Shown here: positions 1 through 10,064 of the stretch, piece by piece
How positions within the stretch are numbered: position 1 is the stretch's first letter
How the letters are laid out: each line of letters starts with the position of its first letter
Source: Pseudomonadota bacterium
GTDB lineage: Bacteria; Pseudomonadota; Gammaproteobacteria; Burkholderiales; Burkholderiaceae_B
Assembly: GCA_023439305.1 (NCBI GenBank)
Contig: JAEXOO010000042.1
Span: forward strand, 43,321 to 107,320
Length of the DNA stretch: 64,000 nt
Direction: 5' to 3'
The notes under the pieces: model-generated
What the model saw: the letters and a program-made list of their open reading frames with translations, nothing else
Databases searched by the model: none
What the model was told of the DNA's origin: nothing
Translations under genes and position numbers: made by a program

Positions 1-724
1 TGAGCAGATTGGGCCATTGCTCGGAGCGCAACGTGGGCGCGGGCCGCGCCCACACCTGATCGGCGCGCGACGCCAGAACCAGAAGCCACGCTGCCTGCAC
101 GATCAGGCCCAGCAGGGTGCCCCACAGCAAGGGACCTATACCCGGATCAGCGCCAGCCGCCAGCACCAGCACCAGAATCACGAAAGCCGGCACACTGTCC
201 AGCAAAGTATTGATATGCCGTTCATGCGCCCGCAGACGCGCGGCACTTAGCCCTATCATCAGCGTCAGCACCGCCGCCGGTGCAAACGCAAACAGCAACT
301 CCTGACTCATGTGGCGGGCTTGCGGACTCAGTCCCTTACCGGCCAGATCCAGCACCCAGGGCCAGCTGATCCAGATCAGCCCCCCCAACACGCAGCCCAG
401 CACTATGCACCAGGCTTTTATTTCGCCCAGGAACTGCTTGCGCGCCTGGGGCTCCAGTTTGCGCAGGCGCACCAGAACCGGGATCAGCACCACGGACATC
501 GATCCCACCAAGGTCAAAGGCAACCAATTGGCCATGACCATGGTGAACTGATAGGCGTCTACCGCATCACTGACACCATAGCGATAGGCGACAGCCATCT
601 CTTTCAGAGCGCCCGCCGCCTTGCCCAGCAACAGAAAAAACGCCACCCGCATCGCGCCCATGGCGATGCGGCGATGGTCGGCATGCAAGCCGGAAAGGCG
701 TTTTTTCAGGCTGGGAGGGGTCAA
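1..724 (-). CDS. MurJ/MviN-family (MOP superfamily) flippase, partial; runs off left edge
   Basis: Minus-strand frame is open from nt 724 to nt 1. It is absent from the ORF track because there is no stop in the window. My translation: [87 protein letters not shown].... The GxxKExxxAxxYGxxxxxDAY N-terminus followed by multiple TM segments is typical of MurJ. Start is uncertain: TTG at 724 (forms TTGA with the upstream stop) or in-frame ATG at 661. Confidence 0.6.
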   Translation of the reverse strand, partial: MTPPSLKKRLSGLHADHRRIAMGAMRVAFFLLLGKAAGALKEMAVAYRYGVSDAVDAYQFTMVMANWLPLTLVGSMSVVLIPVLVRLRKLEPQARKQFLGEIKAWCIVLGCVLGGLIWISWPWVLDLAGKGLSPQARHMSQELLFAFAPAAVLTLMIGLSAARLRAHERHINTLLDSVPAFVILVLVLAAGADPGIGPLLWGTLLGLIVQAAWLLVLASRADQVWARPAPTLRSEQWPNLL

Positions 725-1746
725 CTCAGGAACGCCACATACCAAGGCATGGCGGCGTCCAATCCTTGCTGGATGGAATGACTGGGCTCATAGCCCAGTT
801 GATCGCGAGCCTTGGAGATGTCCGCCTGCGAATGACGCACGTCGCCGGCGCGGAAATCCGCATGGACCGGCTCGCGCGTGTAAGACACGCCGTTGGCGGC
901 CAGCGCCGTCTGCAGGTACTGGAACAACTGGTTCAGGCTGGTGCGGGCGTTCACGGCCACGTTATAGACTTCGGCGGTGCTTTCCTTCTGGTTCAGGGCC
1001 GCCAGAATATTCATCTGCACGACGTTGTCGACAAAGCAGAAATCGCGGCTGGTTTCACCGTCGCCATTGATCTGCAGCGTCTGGTCCTGAATCATGGCCG
1101 AAACCCACTTCGGGATCACGGCCGCATACGCGCCATTGGGGTCCTGTCGTTTGCCGAAGACATTGAAATAGCGCAGTCCCACGCTGGAAAAGCCGTAGGC
1201 GCGGGCAAACACATCCGCATACAGTTCATTGACGAACTTGGTGACGGCATACGGCGACAGGGGGCGACCGATGCGATCCTCTACCTTGGGCAGGCCCGGG
1301 TGGTCACCATAGGTGGAGCTGGATGCCGCATAGACAAAGGCCTGCACCCGGGCATCGCGCGCCGCCAACAGCATATTCAGCGAACCACCCACATTGACGT
1401 CGTTCGAGGTCAGTGGATCATTCAATGAGCGCGGCACCGAACCCAGCGCCGCCTGATGCAGCACGTAATTGACACCTTCCACGGCTTGCCGGCAGGTGTC
1501 GAGCTTACGGATATCGCCTTCAATGAAGCGAAAGCGCGCCCAGCGCTCGGCACCGACCTGATCCCGCACTTCGTCCAGGTTGTACTGATGTCCGGTAGCA
1601 AAGTTATCCAGGCCCACAACCTGCTGATCCAGCATCAGCAGGGTTTCCAGCAGATTCGAGCCGATGAAACCCGCGCAACCCGTGACCAGCCAGGTCTTGG
1701 GCTGCGCGCGCAACTGCCGCTTCGCTTGTTCAAATGCAACGCTCAT
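721..1746 (-). CDS. NAD-dependent UDP-GlcNAc/UDP-GlcNAcA 4-epimerase (WbpP/TviC-like SDR)
   Basis: 341 aa. Has the N-terminal Rossmann motif [32 protein letters not shown], and catalytic YAVTK. The overall pattern matches WbpP/TviC epimerases. Confidence 0.85.
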   Translation of the reverse strand: MSVAFEQAKRQLRAQPKTWLVTGCAGFIGSNLLETLLMLDQQVVGLDNFATGHQYNLDEVRDQVGAERWARFRFIEGDIRKLDTCRQAVEGVNYVLHQAALGSVPRSLNDPLTSNDVNVGGSLNMLLAARDARVQAFVYAASSSTYGDHPGLPKVEDRIGRPLSPYAVTKFVNELYADVFARAYGFSSVGLRYFNVFGKRQDPNGAYAAVIPKWVSAMIQDQTLQINGDGETSRDFCFVDNVVQMNILAALNQKESTAEVYNVAVNARTSLNQLFQYLQTALAANGVSYTREPVHADFRAGDVRHSQADISKARDQLGYEPSHSIQQGLDAAMPWYVAFLS

Positions 1747-1758
1747 GGCTATATCCGT

Positions 1759-3039
1759 TTAGAGGCGCAGGTCCGATTCTTCGCGGTCGAACACATATTT
1801 CAGGTCATACAGCACATGGTCGGGCTTGCCCCATTGGCGCACGCCCTGAACCCCCAGTTCCTTGAACTGGTGGTGAGCCACCGCCACGATGACGCCGTCA
1901 TAGGCGCCGGCCTGCGGATTTTCCACGGGCGTGATGCCGTATTCGTGCTCGGCTTCCTTGGGATCGACCCACGGATCGTAAACGTCCACATCCACGTCGT
2001 ACTGCTTGAGTTCTTGGACAATGTCCACGATGCGCGTGTTGCGCAGATCGGGGCAGTTTTCCTTGAAGGCCAGGCCCAGCAGCAGCACGCGCGCACCCTG
2101 CACCTGGATGCGGCGCTTGGTCATGGCCTTGACCAGTTGGGACGCCACATAAGCGCCCATGGAGTCATTCAAACGACGGCCGGCCAGAATGATCTCGGGG
2201 TGATAGCCGATGGCCTGCGCCTTGTGCGTCAGGTAGTACGGGTCCACGCCGATACAGTGGCCACCCACCAGGCCGGGACGGAAGGGCAGGAAGTTCCATT
2301 TGGTGCCGGCAGCCTGCAGGACGTCCAGCGTATCGATGCCCATACGATTGAAGATCAGGGCCAACTCGTTGATCAGGGCGATATTGACGTCGCGCTGAGT
2401 ATTTTCAATGACCTTGGCGGCTTCTGCCACACGGATGGAGCTGGCCTTGAACGTGCCGACCACGATGATTTCGCGGTACAGGGCATCGACCAGCTCGGCC
2501 ACCTCGGGGGTGGAGCCCGAAGTCACCTTCTTGATGGTGGAGACGCGGTGTTCTTTGTCGCCCGGATTGATGCGTTCAGGGCTGTAGCCGGCGTAGAAAT
2601 CTTCGTTGTAGCGCAGGCCCGATACCTCTTCCAGCACGGGAACGCAGACTTCCTCGGTGGCGCCGGGATAGACCGTGGATTCGTAGATGACGATATCGCC
2701 GCGCTTGAGCACTTTGCCGATGGTTTCGGACGCGCGCACCAGCGGCGTCAGATCAGGCTGCTTGAACTGGTCGATGGGTGTGGGCACCGTCACGATAAAA
2801 ACATTGGACTGCGCCAGCTCATCGGCCTCGCAGGAATAGCTCAGGCCCTTGGCCTGAGCCAGTTCCCCGGCATCCACTTCCAGCGTGCGGTCCACGCCGT
2901 CCTTCAGTTCGGCCACGCGGCGGGTATTGATATCAAAGCCCAGGACAGTGCGTTTCTTGCCGAATTCGACCGCCAGGGGCAGACCCACATAACCCAGGCC
3001 AACCACGGCCAATTTCACGTTCTCAAGTTGCAACTTCAT
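1759..3039 (-). CDS. UDP-N-acetyl-D-glucosamine 6-dehydrogenase family (WbpO/TviB-like nucleotide-sugar dehydrogenase)
   Basis: 426 aa. Has [22 protein letters not shown]-binding motif and [12 protein letters not shown] catalytic-Cys motif. GGAGA RBS lies before the ATG at 3039. Confidence 0.85.
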   Translation of the reverse strand: MKLQLENVKLAVVGLGYVGLPLAVEFGKKRTVLGFDINTRRVAELKDGVDRTLEVDAGELAQAKGLSYSCEADELAQSNVFIVTVPTPIDQFKQPDLTPLVRASETIGKVLKRGDIVIYESTVYPGATEEVCVPVLEEVSGLRYNEDFYAGYSPERINPGDKEHRVSTIKKVTSGSTPEVAELVDALYREIIVVGTFKASSIRVAEAAKVIENTQRDVNIALINELALIFNRMGIDTLDVLQAAGTKWNFLPFRPGLVGGHCIGVDPYYLTHKAQAIGYHPEIILAGRRLNDSMGAYVASQLVKAMTKRRIQVQGARVLLLGLAFKENCPDLRNTRIVDIVQELKQYDVDVDVYDPWVDPKEAEHEYGITPVENPQAGAYDGVIVAVAHHQFKELGVQGVRQWGKPDHVLYDLKYVFDREESDLRL

Positions 3040-3086
3040 TCTCCAATAAGCGGAATGCGCAAGGATTTATCACGATGGCCGGGAAG

Positions 3087-4226
3087 CTAGTCCCGGTCCG
3101 CCCGCCGGCGAACCGAGGGCAGCAGCAGCCATGTGGGCCGCCGCCAGGACACCAGGCGAGAATACAGCCAGATATAGACCAGAGAAAAGGCCAGCATGCT
3201 GGCGCACAACGCCCAGGTATTGTCCCACCAGATCGTGGCAGGAACCAGGCCGATCAAGGCCAGCACCCACAAGTAGGGCGAGGTCATCGCGTTACAAAAA
3301 GTGGGCAGCGCGCCTGCGCTGTCACGGCTGAACGTGGCGCGCACCAGTCGGCGGAATACCAATTGATGCAAGTGCAAGGCATCGGGTTGGTCTACCGGCA
3401 CGCCGCGCTTGAAACGGCGGCGCCAGATCGAAAACAGGGTTTCAAAGACCGGATAGAACAGGACGGCCAGCGCATAGAAGGGCGATACGCTGGGGTTGCG
3501 CACTACCAGCTGCACCGCCAGCTCGGCCAGCATGAAACCGAGAAAATAAGCGCCGCCATCGCCCAGGAACACCCGTCCGAACGGGAAATTCCAGACCAGA
3601 AAGCCCAGGGTGGCAGAGGCCAGCGAGGCGGCAATCAGAAAAATGGGGTAATCCTGCACCTGCAAGGCCACCAAGGCGAGCGACAGCGCCATCAAGGTCG
3701 CGATCATGCCGGCCAGCCCATTCATGCCGTCGATGATGTTCAAGGCGTGCGTACAGCCGCCCACCGCAATCATGGTGAACAATAAAGAGATGGGCCAGAA
3801 GCCGAGGACCCAATCCGCCCAGGTCACGCCCACGCGCGACACGCCTCCCAGCAGCCACCAGGCGATTGCCGCCGACAGGAAAGCCGCCAGCAGGCGCTTG
3901 AGCGAGCCCACATCCTTGGTAATGTCCTCGACCAGCCCGGCCACGAACACCGGCATAGCTGCCAGGAAAAGCACCGGCCACAGCCAGGTCAGGGTCATGT
4001 TGCTGGGGCCCAGCACCAGCAACCCGGCCAGGCTGCCCGCGACCACCGCCAAGCCGCCGACGCGGGGGGTAGGACGGGAATGAGAGGCCTGGGGCTTGCT
4101 GAGATCGCTATCCCCGGTCAATCGGCCGTGCCAGCGCTCGGAGGCCACGATAAGCCCGCCGACCATGAAAGCCACGACACAGATATACAACCAGGTAAAG
4201 GACTCCCCCATTTGAGGTAAGGACAC
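3087..4226 (-). CDS. Glycosyltransferase family 4 polyprenyl-phosphate HexNAc-1-phosphate transferase (WbpL/WecA/MraY-like initiating enzyme)
   Basis: 379 aa polytopic membrane protein. Contains NIIDGMNGLAG and FLGDGGAYFLGF motifs characteristic of the MraY/WecA family. The ORF-track start is GTG at 4226; an alternative ATG is at 4211. Confidence 0.75.
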   Translation of the reverse strand: MSLPQMGESFTWLYICVVAFMVGGLIVASERWHGRLTGDSDLSKPQASHSRPTPRVGGLAVVAGSLAGLLVLGPSNMTLTWLWPVLFLAAMPVFVAGLVEDITKDVGSLKRLLAAFLSAAIAWWLLGGVSRVGVTWADWVLGFWPISLLFTMIAVGGCTHALNIIDGMNGLAGMIATLMALSLALVALQVQDYPIFLIAASLASATLGFLVWNFPFGRVFLGDGGAYFLGFMLAELAVQLVVRNPSVSPFYALAVLFYPVFETLFSIWRRRFKRGVPVDQPDALHLHQLVFRRLVRATFSRDSAGALPTFCNAMTSPYLWVLALIGLVPATIWWDNTWALCASMLAFSLVYIWLYSRLVSWRRPTWLLLPSVRRRADRD

Positions 4227-4435
4227 TGCGCGACACCCTGAACGTTAGGACTGCATTATTATCAACCTGCGCTTCCCGTCCTGTCCGTGACCAGTCGCTT
4301 TAAATGCAACAAAATCTGAACAGCACAGGATAACGCCCCCTCAAGACGCAAGCCACGCTCCGTCTGAGGCCCCGAAAACCGGCAAGCCCGCTAATTTGCA
4401 CCAGCGCAGGCCCGAAATCAAGCATTTTGCAGGCC

Positions 4436-5392
4436 TCAGGTATTGGCCTGAACCAGCTCCTCGGTGGGGGTCAGCTCATTGCCGCATTCCGTCAGCAGGC
4501 GACGCAGCCAGCGATGGCTGGGCGAGTGCCGGTTGCGCTCGTGCCAGAGCTGGTAAAAGCGCATGGGCGGAAACTCCACCGGCGCCTCCAGAATGGCCAG
4601 CGGCAGCAGCTTGCAATAGAACTCGGCAAAGTGCCGGGCGGTGGTGAACACCAGATCGGTGTTCTGCAACAGATACGGTGCGGCCGAGAACGATTGCACG
4701 ATGACGCTTTCATCGCGCTGGATGCGCAAAGCCGACAAGGTCGTGTCGATGACGCCGCGCTGGTTGATCGAATACGGCATGGGCACCACGTGGCGCGCGC
4801 GCAGGTAATCTTCCAGGGTCAGGCCCTTGCGCGCCAGAGGATGCGTTGCCGCCACCAGACACACGATCTGGTCCTCCAGCAAGACCGACAGGTGCATGCG
4901 ATCGGGCGGCTCGGGCCAATTGCCGATGACCACGTCCAGGTCGCCTTCGGCCAGCGAGCGCTCGAAGTCGAAATTGGCGTCCAGAGCATGCAGGTTCAGG
5001 CGCGCTTCAGGCGCTTCACGACGCATGCGCTCGACCACGCTGCCGATGAACATGGGCGCCAGATAATCCGGCGCGCCGATATGGAATTCGCTGCGGCTGA
5101 CCTGGGGGTCGAAATTGCCGGGCGCATTGACCATGCAGTCGATCTCTGCCAGCGCGCCCTTGGCATGCGCCAACAAGGCGATCGCCCGCTCCGTAGGCAC
5201 CATGCCGCCTTTTTCACGCACCAGCAGCGGATCGCCGATAATGTCGCGCAGACGCCGCAACGCCGCACTGATGGCGGGCTGGGATTGATTCATCTTGAAC
5301 GCGGTCCGTGAAACGCTGCGTTCGGTCACGAGCAAGCAAAATACCCTTAACAGGTAGGTATCGAGCGGGTTATCCCCACGTCGGGCGGCCAT
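4436..5392 (-). CDS. LysR-family transcriptional regulator
   Basis: N-terminal wHTH (LLRVFCLLVTERSVSRTAFKMNQSQPAISAALRRLR) plus a LysR substrate-binding domain. ATG at 5392 is preceded by GGAGAG. Divergent from uraD. Confidence 0.85.
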   Translation of the reverse strand: MAARRGDNPLDTYLLRVFCLLVTERSVSRTAFKMNQSQPAISAALRRLRDIIGDPLLVREKGGMVPTERAIALLAHAKGALAEIDCMVNAPGNFDPQVSRSEFHIGAPDYLAPMFIGSVVERMRREAPEARLNLHALDANFDFERSLAEGDLDVVIGNWPEPPDRMHLSVLLEDQIVCLVAATHPLARKGLTLEDYLRARHVVPMPYSINQRGVIDTTLSALRIQRDESVIVQSFSAAPYLLQNTDLVFTTARHFAEFYCKLLPLAILEAPVEFPPMRFYQLWHERNRHSPSHRWLRRLLTECGNELTPTEELVQANT

Positions 5393-5685
5393 CAAACGCT
5401 CTCCTTCTTACGAGTTTTTCTGCCCTGATATTGACACATGCGCGGAATACGTCATGGCATATATCATTTATAAGTCTAATTCTATTTTATTTATGATCAG
5501 AAATCTTAAACTGGTCGCACATAAAAAGACCATAGGCTGGAGACATACCAATATAAGCGTTTCGGCATCGCAAGCCCGGCTGCCCCCCCGCCCATTCACT
5601 CAATCCTGGTGCGGCCAGCCCTTCCGACGCTTGCCCGAATACGTTTTGGCTAGCTATAAATACTCTTAGAAAATCGGACTTAACC

Positions 5686-6213
5686 ATGACCCAAACCCTG
5701 ACCCCCGACACCGCCCTGGCCGAACTGTCCAGCCTGGAACAGGCCCAGTTTGTAGACAAGCTGGAAGGCATCTTCGAACACTCCCCCTGGGTCGCCGAGC
5801 GCACCTGGAGCAAGCGTCCCTTTCGCAGCGTGGACGAACTGCACGCCACCATGGTGGATGTCATGAACAGCGCCTCGCACGACGAAAAAAAGAACCTCAT
5901 CTGTGCTCACCCTGAACTGGCCGGCAAGGAAGCTGAAGAAGGCACCCTGACCACCGCTTCCACGGGCGAGCAGCGCGGCGCCGGCCTGGATCAATGCACA
6001 GCTGACGAACTGGCCCGCCTGCGCGGCCTGAACGCCAGCTACCGTGACCGCTTCGGCTTTCCCTTCGTGATCGCCGTCAAGGGCTTGACCCGCCACCAGA
6101 TCATGGACACAGTGGATGCTCGCCTGGACAACGACTCCGACACGGAATTCGAGGCCTGCCTGCGCGAAATCGGCAAAATCGCCCGTTTCCGTCTGGACGC
6201 CTTGTTTGCCTGA
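5686..6213 (+). CDS. uraD: 2-oxo-4-hydroxy-4-carboxy-5-ureidoimidazoline (OHCU) decarboxylase
   Basis: 175 aa. Motifs FEHSPWVAE, AHPELAG and YRDRFGFPFVIAVKG are typical of OHCU decarboxylase. Confidence 0.85.
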   Translation: MTQTLTPDTALAELSSLEQAQFVDKLEGIFEHSPWVAERTWSKRPFRSVDELHATMVDVMNSASHDEKKNLICAHPELAGKEAEEGTLTTASTGEQRGAGLDQCTADELARLRGLNASYRDRFGFPFVIAVKGLTRHQIMDTVDARLDNDSDTEFEACLREIGKIARFRLDALFA

Positions 6214-6267
6214 TCTCTGTCTGACCCCGGCGTAGCTCACGCCTCGACGGTAGACCCCAGCATTCGC

Positions 6268-6313
6268 GGGACCGAAAGCAGGCAGCAGCCACGCTTCGGT
6301 CCCGTTTTTGTTT
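6268..6313 (+). terminator. Intrinsic terminator after uraD
   Basis: Stem GGGACCGAA (6268-6276) pairs with TTCGGTCCC (6295-6303) across an 18-nt loop, followed by GTTTTTGTTT. Confidence 0.6.
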
Positions 6314-6379
6314 CCCTCTCAACCCGGCCCTGCGCGGCGCGGCCTCTGAACCCCGCTCCGGCCATCACTAGGATATGTC

Positions 6380-6892
6380 ATGACCATCACCCTGAAACTG
6401 GAAACTCTGACCGCCGACGCTTTCACGCCCTTCGGCGACGTCATCGAGGCGTCCGATGCCGTGAATCACTTCACCATCAATGAAGGCAATACCGAGCGCT
6501 ACCACGACCTGGCCAACATCGAGCCGGGCGCCGACGGCCGCGCCATCGTGTCCATCTTCCGCGGACTGCCGCGCAGCCTGCCCTTCACGGTCGAAATGAT
6601 GGAACGCCACCCCAAGGGCAGCCAGGCCTTCATCCCCCAGTCGGGCCAACCTTATCTGGTCATCGTCGCGCCGGCCGGCGAGACTCCCAAAGCCGCTGAC
6701 CTGCGCCTGTTCCTGGCGCGCGGCGACCAGGGCGTGAACTACGCCACCGGCGTATGGCATCACCCCTTGATGGCCCTGAACCAGGTTGCCGACTTCATCG
6801 TGATCGACCGCAAGGGACCAGGCGACAACTGTGACGTGATCCAACTGGAAGAACACGCCATCATCGCCGAACTGGAAACCGTTCAGGCATGA
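6380..6892 (+). CDS. allA: Ureidoglycolate lyase
   Basis: 170 aa. Motifs FTPFGDVIE, MERHPKGSQAFIP and GVWHHPL match the AllA family. Confidence 0.85.
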   Translation: MTITLKLETLTADAFTPFGDVIEASDAVNHFTINEGNTERYHDLANIEPGADGRAIVSIFRGLPRSLPFTVEMMERHPKGSQAFIPQSGQPYLVIVAPAGETPKAADLRLFLARGDQGVNYATGVWHHPLMALNQVADFIVIDRKGPGDNCDVIQLEEHAIIAELETVQA

Positions 6893-7680
6893 GCGAATCC
6901 TGTCCGATCACTCCGGACATCGAAGCTATCTACGCCGGCCGGCCGGCCGGCATGGATGCCGCCGAATGGCGCGCCCGGGTCAACCTGGCGGCCTGCTACC
7001 GACTGGCGGCACAGCAAGGCTGGGACGACATCATCTATACGCATGTCTCCTTGCGCCTGCCGGGACGCGACGATGTTTTTCTCATCAATCCGTTCGGACT
7101 GCGCTTTGACGAAATCACAGCCTCCAATCTGCTGCTGATCGACACCCGAGGCCATGTCGTGGACGGCACGGACCGCAAGGCCAATCCCAGCGGCTTCGCC
7201 ATTCACGGCGCCGTGCATCGCGCCCGCGAGGACGCCCATTGCGTCATTCACTTGCACACGGACGCCACCATTGCCGTCTCCGCTCTGGAATGCGGTTTGC
7301 TGCCTCTGTCCCAACACGCAATGCGCTTCTGGAACGACATCGCGTACCACGAATACGCAGGGCTGGCTTTCCCGGCGCAGGAACAGGCGCTCCTGGTCCA
7401 GGAATTGGGCAGGCATCCGGCCATGCTGCTGCGCAATCATGGGGGCCTGACCTGCGGGCGCACGGTGGCCGAGGCCTATATCCTGATGGACACTCTGGAG
7501 CGCGCCTGCCGCATCCAGCTATCCGCCATGGCCGCCGGCACAGACTTGCACACGCCCGGGCGCGATGTCCTGGACCTGACCCATGGTCAGCTCCTGCCCG
7601 GCTCTCAGCCCGAAGGCTTGCTAGAATGGCCTGCTCTGCTGCGCAAGCTGCACCAGTCCGAGCCGGACTTCTGCCTGTAG
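6889..7680 (+). CDS. Class II aldolase/adducin-domain protein (metal-dependent)
   Basis: 263 aa. Motifs YTHVSLR, INPFG, AIHGAVH, CVIHLHT and LRNHGGLTCG match the class II aldolase/adducin fold. The ATGA overlap with allA implies translational coupling. Confidence 0.8.
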   Translation: MSESCPITPDIEAIYAGRPAGMDAAEWRARVNLAACYRLAAQQGWDDIIYTHVSLRLPGRDDVFLINPFGLRFDEITASNLLLIDTRGHVVDGTDRKANPSGFAIHGAVHRAREDAHCVIHLHTDATIAVSALECGLLPLSQHAMRFWNDIAYHEYAGLAFPAQEQALLVQELGRHPAMLLRNHGGLTCGRTVAEAYILMDTLERACRIQLSAMAAGTDLHTPGRDVLDLTHGQLLPGSQPEGLLEWPALLRKLHQSEPDFCL

Positions 7681-7711
7681 CAGACAATTCCAACAATTCA
7701 ACGGAGCAATC

Positions 7712-7897
7712 ATGCCTACCATCAACGTACAATTGTTCGACGGCCGTCCCGTAGAGACCAAGCGCGCTCTGGCCGAAGCCTTGACCAACGAAGCCTGCCG
7801 CGTGCTGGGCTGCGGCCCTGAAGCCGTGGATGTGGTCTTCACCGACGTCAAGCGCGAGAACTGGGCGACAGCCGGCGTACTGTGGTCGGATAAATAA
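7712..7897 (+). CDS. 4-oxalocrotonate tautomerase family enzyme
   Basis: 61 aa. Starts MPTINVQLF, so Pro-1 follows Met removal. Size and beta-alpha-beta pattern are typical of 4-OT. Confidence 0.8.
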   Translation: MPTINVQLFDGRPVETKRALAEALTNEACRVLGCGPEAVDVVFTDVKRENWATAGVLWSDK

Positions 7898-7919
7898 GGC
7901 GCTTTTCCGTCTTGTTCCC

Positions 7920-7944
7920 AGCGGCCTTCCTGGCCGCTTTTTTT
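7920..7944 (+). terminator. Intrinsic terminator after the tautomerase gene
   Basis: AGCGGCC-TTCCT-GGCCGCT hairpin followed by T7. Confidence 0.7.
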
Positions 7945-8399
7945 ATGCCCGAATGCGGCGCAGGCTCTGGAGTGCATGCACTGACCTTATATTGAAATCT
8001 CAACTAGCATAGATTTTTGACAGTTGCTAGGTGGGCAATACCCCTACCTGCTTGAAAGCAGCGCCAAATATGACAAATTGATGCCATAACCCTTATCACA
8101 GCCCCTTTATTAACAGGCTTATCTGAAATTGGCACCTAATCGTCACCCCCTATAAGTATTTGCATATTCCACTTATCAAGCGGTACCTTCTTCCGGTGAT
8201 ACCCCCCATCCGATACCTTAACGCTTGCACGGCCAGACATCGCCGTGCGTGCAGGTTGTGCCGTGCCGCATTCTCCCACCCAGCAATGCCCACCTCCCCA
8301 CTCTATATACCTGCCTGACCGACTCCGCCGCGTCGCGTCCTCACATGAGTCACGCCGCGACCTCCGGACGTCCATAACGTATCACTAAGGAGACCCCTG

Positions 8400-9869
8400 A
8401 TGTCTGCGAACCCCCAAGTTAGTCAACCTGAAGACTGCGACGGCGTAGACCAACGCCTGCCCGCCGGTCGACTGGCGACCCTCGGACTTCAGCACGTCAT
8501 GGTGATGTACGCCGGCGCCGTTGCCGTGCCCCTGATCATCGGTGAAGCGCTGGGCCTGACCAAAGACCAGATCGCCCTGCTCATCAATGCCGACCTGCTT
8601 TGCTGTGGCCTGATCACCATCATCCAGGCCCGCGGCGCGGGCATCTTCGGCATCAAGCTGCCTGTCATGATGGGTGTCTCCTTTGCTGCCGTCAGCCCCA
8701 TGGTCGCCATCGGCCTGGATCCCAACCTGGGCCTGACCGGCATTTTCGGCGCCACTATTCTCGCCGGCATTTTCAGCATCCTGATCGCCCCGGTTTTCAG
8801 CCGCCTGATGGGCCTGTTCCCGCCCGTGGTCACCGGCATCATCATCACCGTCATCGGCGTCACCTTGATGCGTGTGGGCCTGAACTGGATCGGCGGCGGC
8901 GCCCCGACCATTCTGGATCCCGCCACCGGCCTGCGCGTGGCCAATCCCGAGTACGGCTCCATGGAAAACCTGGCCATCGCCCTGACCGTGCTGACCATCA
9001 TTCTGGTGATCACCAAGTTCGCCCGCGGCTTCCTGGCCAACGTCGCCGTCCTGATCGGCTTGCTGGCCGGCTTCTTCATTTCGCTGGCCCTGGGCCGCAT
9101 CAGCTTCGAAGGTCTGGATCAGACCAGCTGGTTCTCCATCGTCACCCCCTTCGAATTCGGCGTCCCTACCTTCAGCTGGGGCCTGTTGGGCGCCGCTGCC
9201 GTACTGTCCCTGATCATGGTCGTGATCATGGTGGAATCGCTGGGCATGTTCCTGGCCCTGGGCTCCATCTGCGGCCGCCCACCTACCCGCGAAGATCTGG
9301 TCCGAGGCCTGCGCACCGACGGGCTGGGCACCCTGGTCGGCGGCATCATGAACACCTTCCCGCACAGCTCCTTCTCGCAGAACGTAGGCCTGGTCAGCGT
9401 GACCGGCGTGCGTAGCCGCTGGGTCTGCGTGGCCGGCGGCGTATTCCTGATGGTTCTTGGCCTGTTCCCCAAGATGGCCTTCGTGGTGGCTTCCATCCCC
9501 AACTACGTCCTGGGCGGCGCCGGTATCGTGATGTTCGGCATGGTCGCAGCGACCGGCATCAAGATCCTGACCTCCGCCAACCTGAACCGCAACCGCTACA
9601 ACCCTTACATCATTGCCATCAGCCTGGGCTTTGGCATGATCCCCCTGGTTGCCGAGCACTTGCTGGACAAGATGCCAGCCGTGCTGGCCCCGCTGCTGCA
9701 TAGCGGCATCCTGCTGGCTGCCGTGTCCGCCATCGTGCTGAACCTGTTCTTCAATGGCATCGAGAAATTCGCCAGCCATGGACATGAAGTGGAGTCCACC
9801 TCCGCCGAAGCCAAAAAACAGGATGCAGCCTCCGCCAAGGACAATCAGCATCTGGCTTCCCAACACTAA
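8400..9869 (+). CDS. NCS2-family nucleobase:cation symporter (xanthine/uric acid permease type)
   Basis: 489 aa polytopic protein. Motifs LGLQHVMVMYAGAVAVPLIIG and SFSQNVGLVSVTGV are NCS2 signatures. AAGGAG RBS precedes the start. Confidence 0.9.
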   Translation: MSANPQVSQPEDCDGVDQRLPAGRLATLGLQHVMVMYAGAVAVPLIIGEALGLTKDQIALLINADLLCCGLITIIQARGAGIFGIKLPVMMGVSFAAVSPMVAIGLDPNLGLTGIFGATILAGIFSILIAPVFSRLMGLFPPVVTGIIITVIGVTLMRVGLNWIGGGAPTILDPATGLRVANPEYGSMENLAIALTVLTIILVITKFARGFLANVAVLIGLLAGFFISLALGRISFEGLDQTSWFSIVTPFEFGVPTFSWGLLGAAAVLSLIMVVIMVESLGMFLALGSICGRPPTREDLVRGLRTDGLGTLVGGIMNTFPHSSFSQNVGLVSVTGVRSRWVCVAGGVFLMVLGLFPKMAFVVASIPNYVLGGAGIVMFGMVAATGIKILTSANLNRNRYNPYIIAISLGFGMIPLVAEHLLDKMPAVLAPLLHSGILLAAVSAIVLNLFFNGIEKFASHGHEVESTSAEAKKQDAASAKDNQHLASQH

Positions 9870-9883
9870 TCTCTCCTGAATCC

Positions 9884-9916
9884 AAGGCCGCCTTGCCCAA
9901 GGCGGCCTTCTTCTTT
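9884..9916 (+). terminator. Terminator-like hairpin after the permease
   Basis: AAGGCCGCC (9884-9892) pairs with GGCGGCCTT (9901-9909), followed by the T-rich tail CTTCTTT. Confidence 0.55.
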
Positions 9917-10064
9917 ACCCAAAGCAGTCCATCCGTAAAAGTATCGATTGCTTTATATGTAAACAAAAAATACGAATAGCTACAGGAAAATTCAAATTCA
10001 GCGCTTCATGCAAAAAGGGCACAAGACCCGAAGCGCCATACCAAGCACATCAAGAGGAGACTTC

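Noticed and set aside
8136-8375. 79-aa minus-strand ORF in the permease leader.
   Set aside because: It has no RBS and an Arg/Gly/Cys-rich composition unlike a real protein. It runs opposite to the flanking units.
8385-9866. Very long ORFs antisense to real genes. Examples: 1456-3090(+), 8385-9866(-), 12338-14149(-), 22938-24602(+), 29442-32555(+, 1037 aa), 33273-37079(+, 1268 aa), 53310-54764(-), 59221-61074(+), 61456-62457(-), 62671-63663(-).
   Set aside because: Each mirrors a gene on the other strand that has clear family motifs. Their translations are low-complexity and rich in R/A/G/H/Q/D, with no recognisable domains. This is the usual stop-codon-poor shadow frame of GC-rich DNA.
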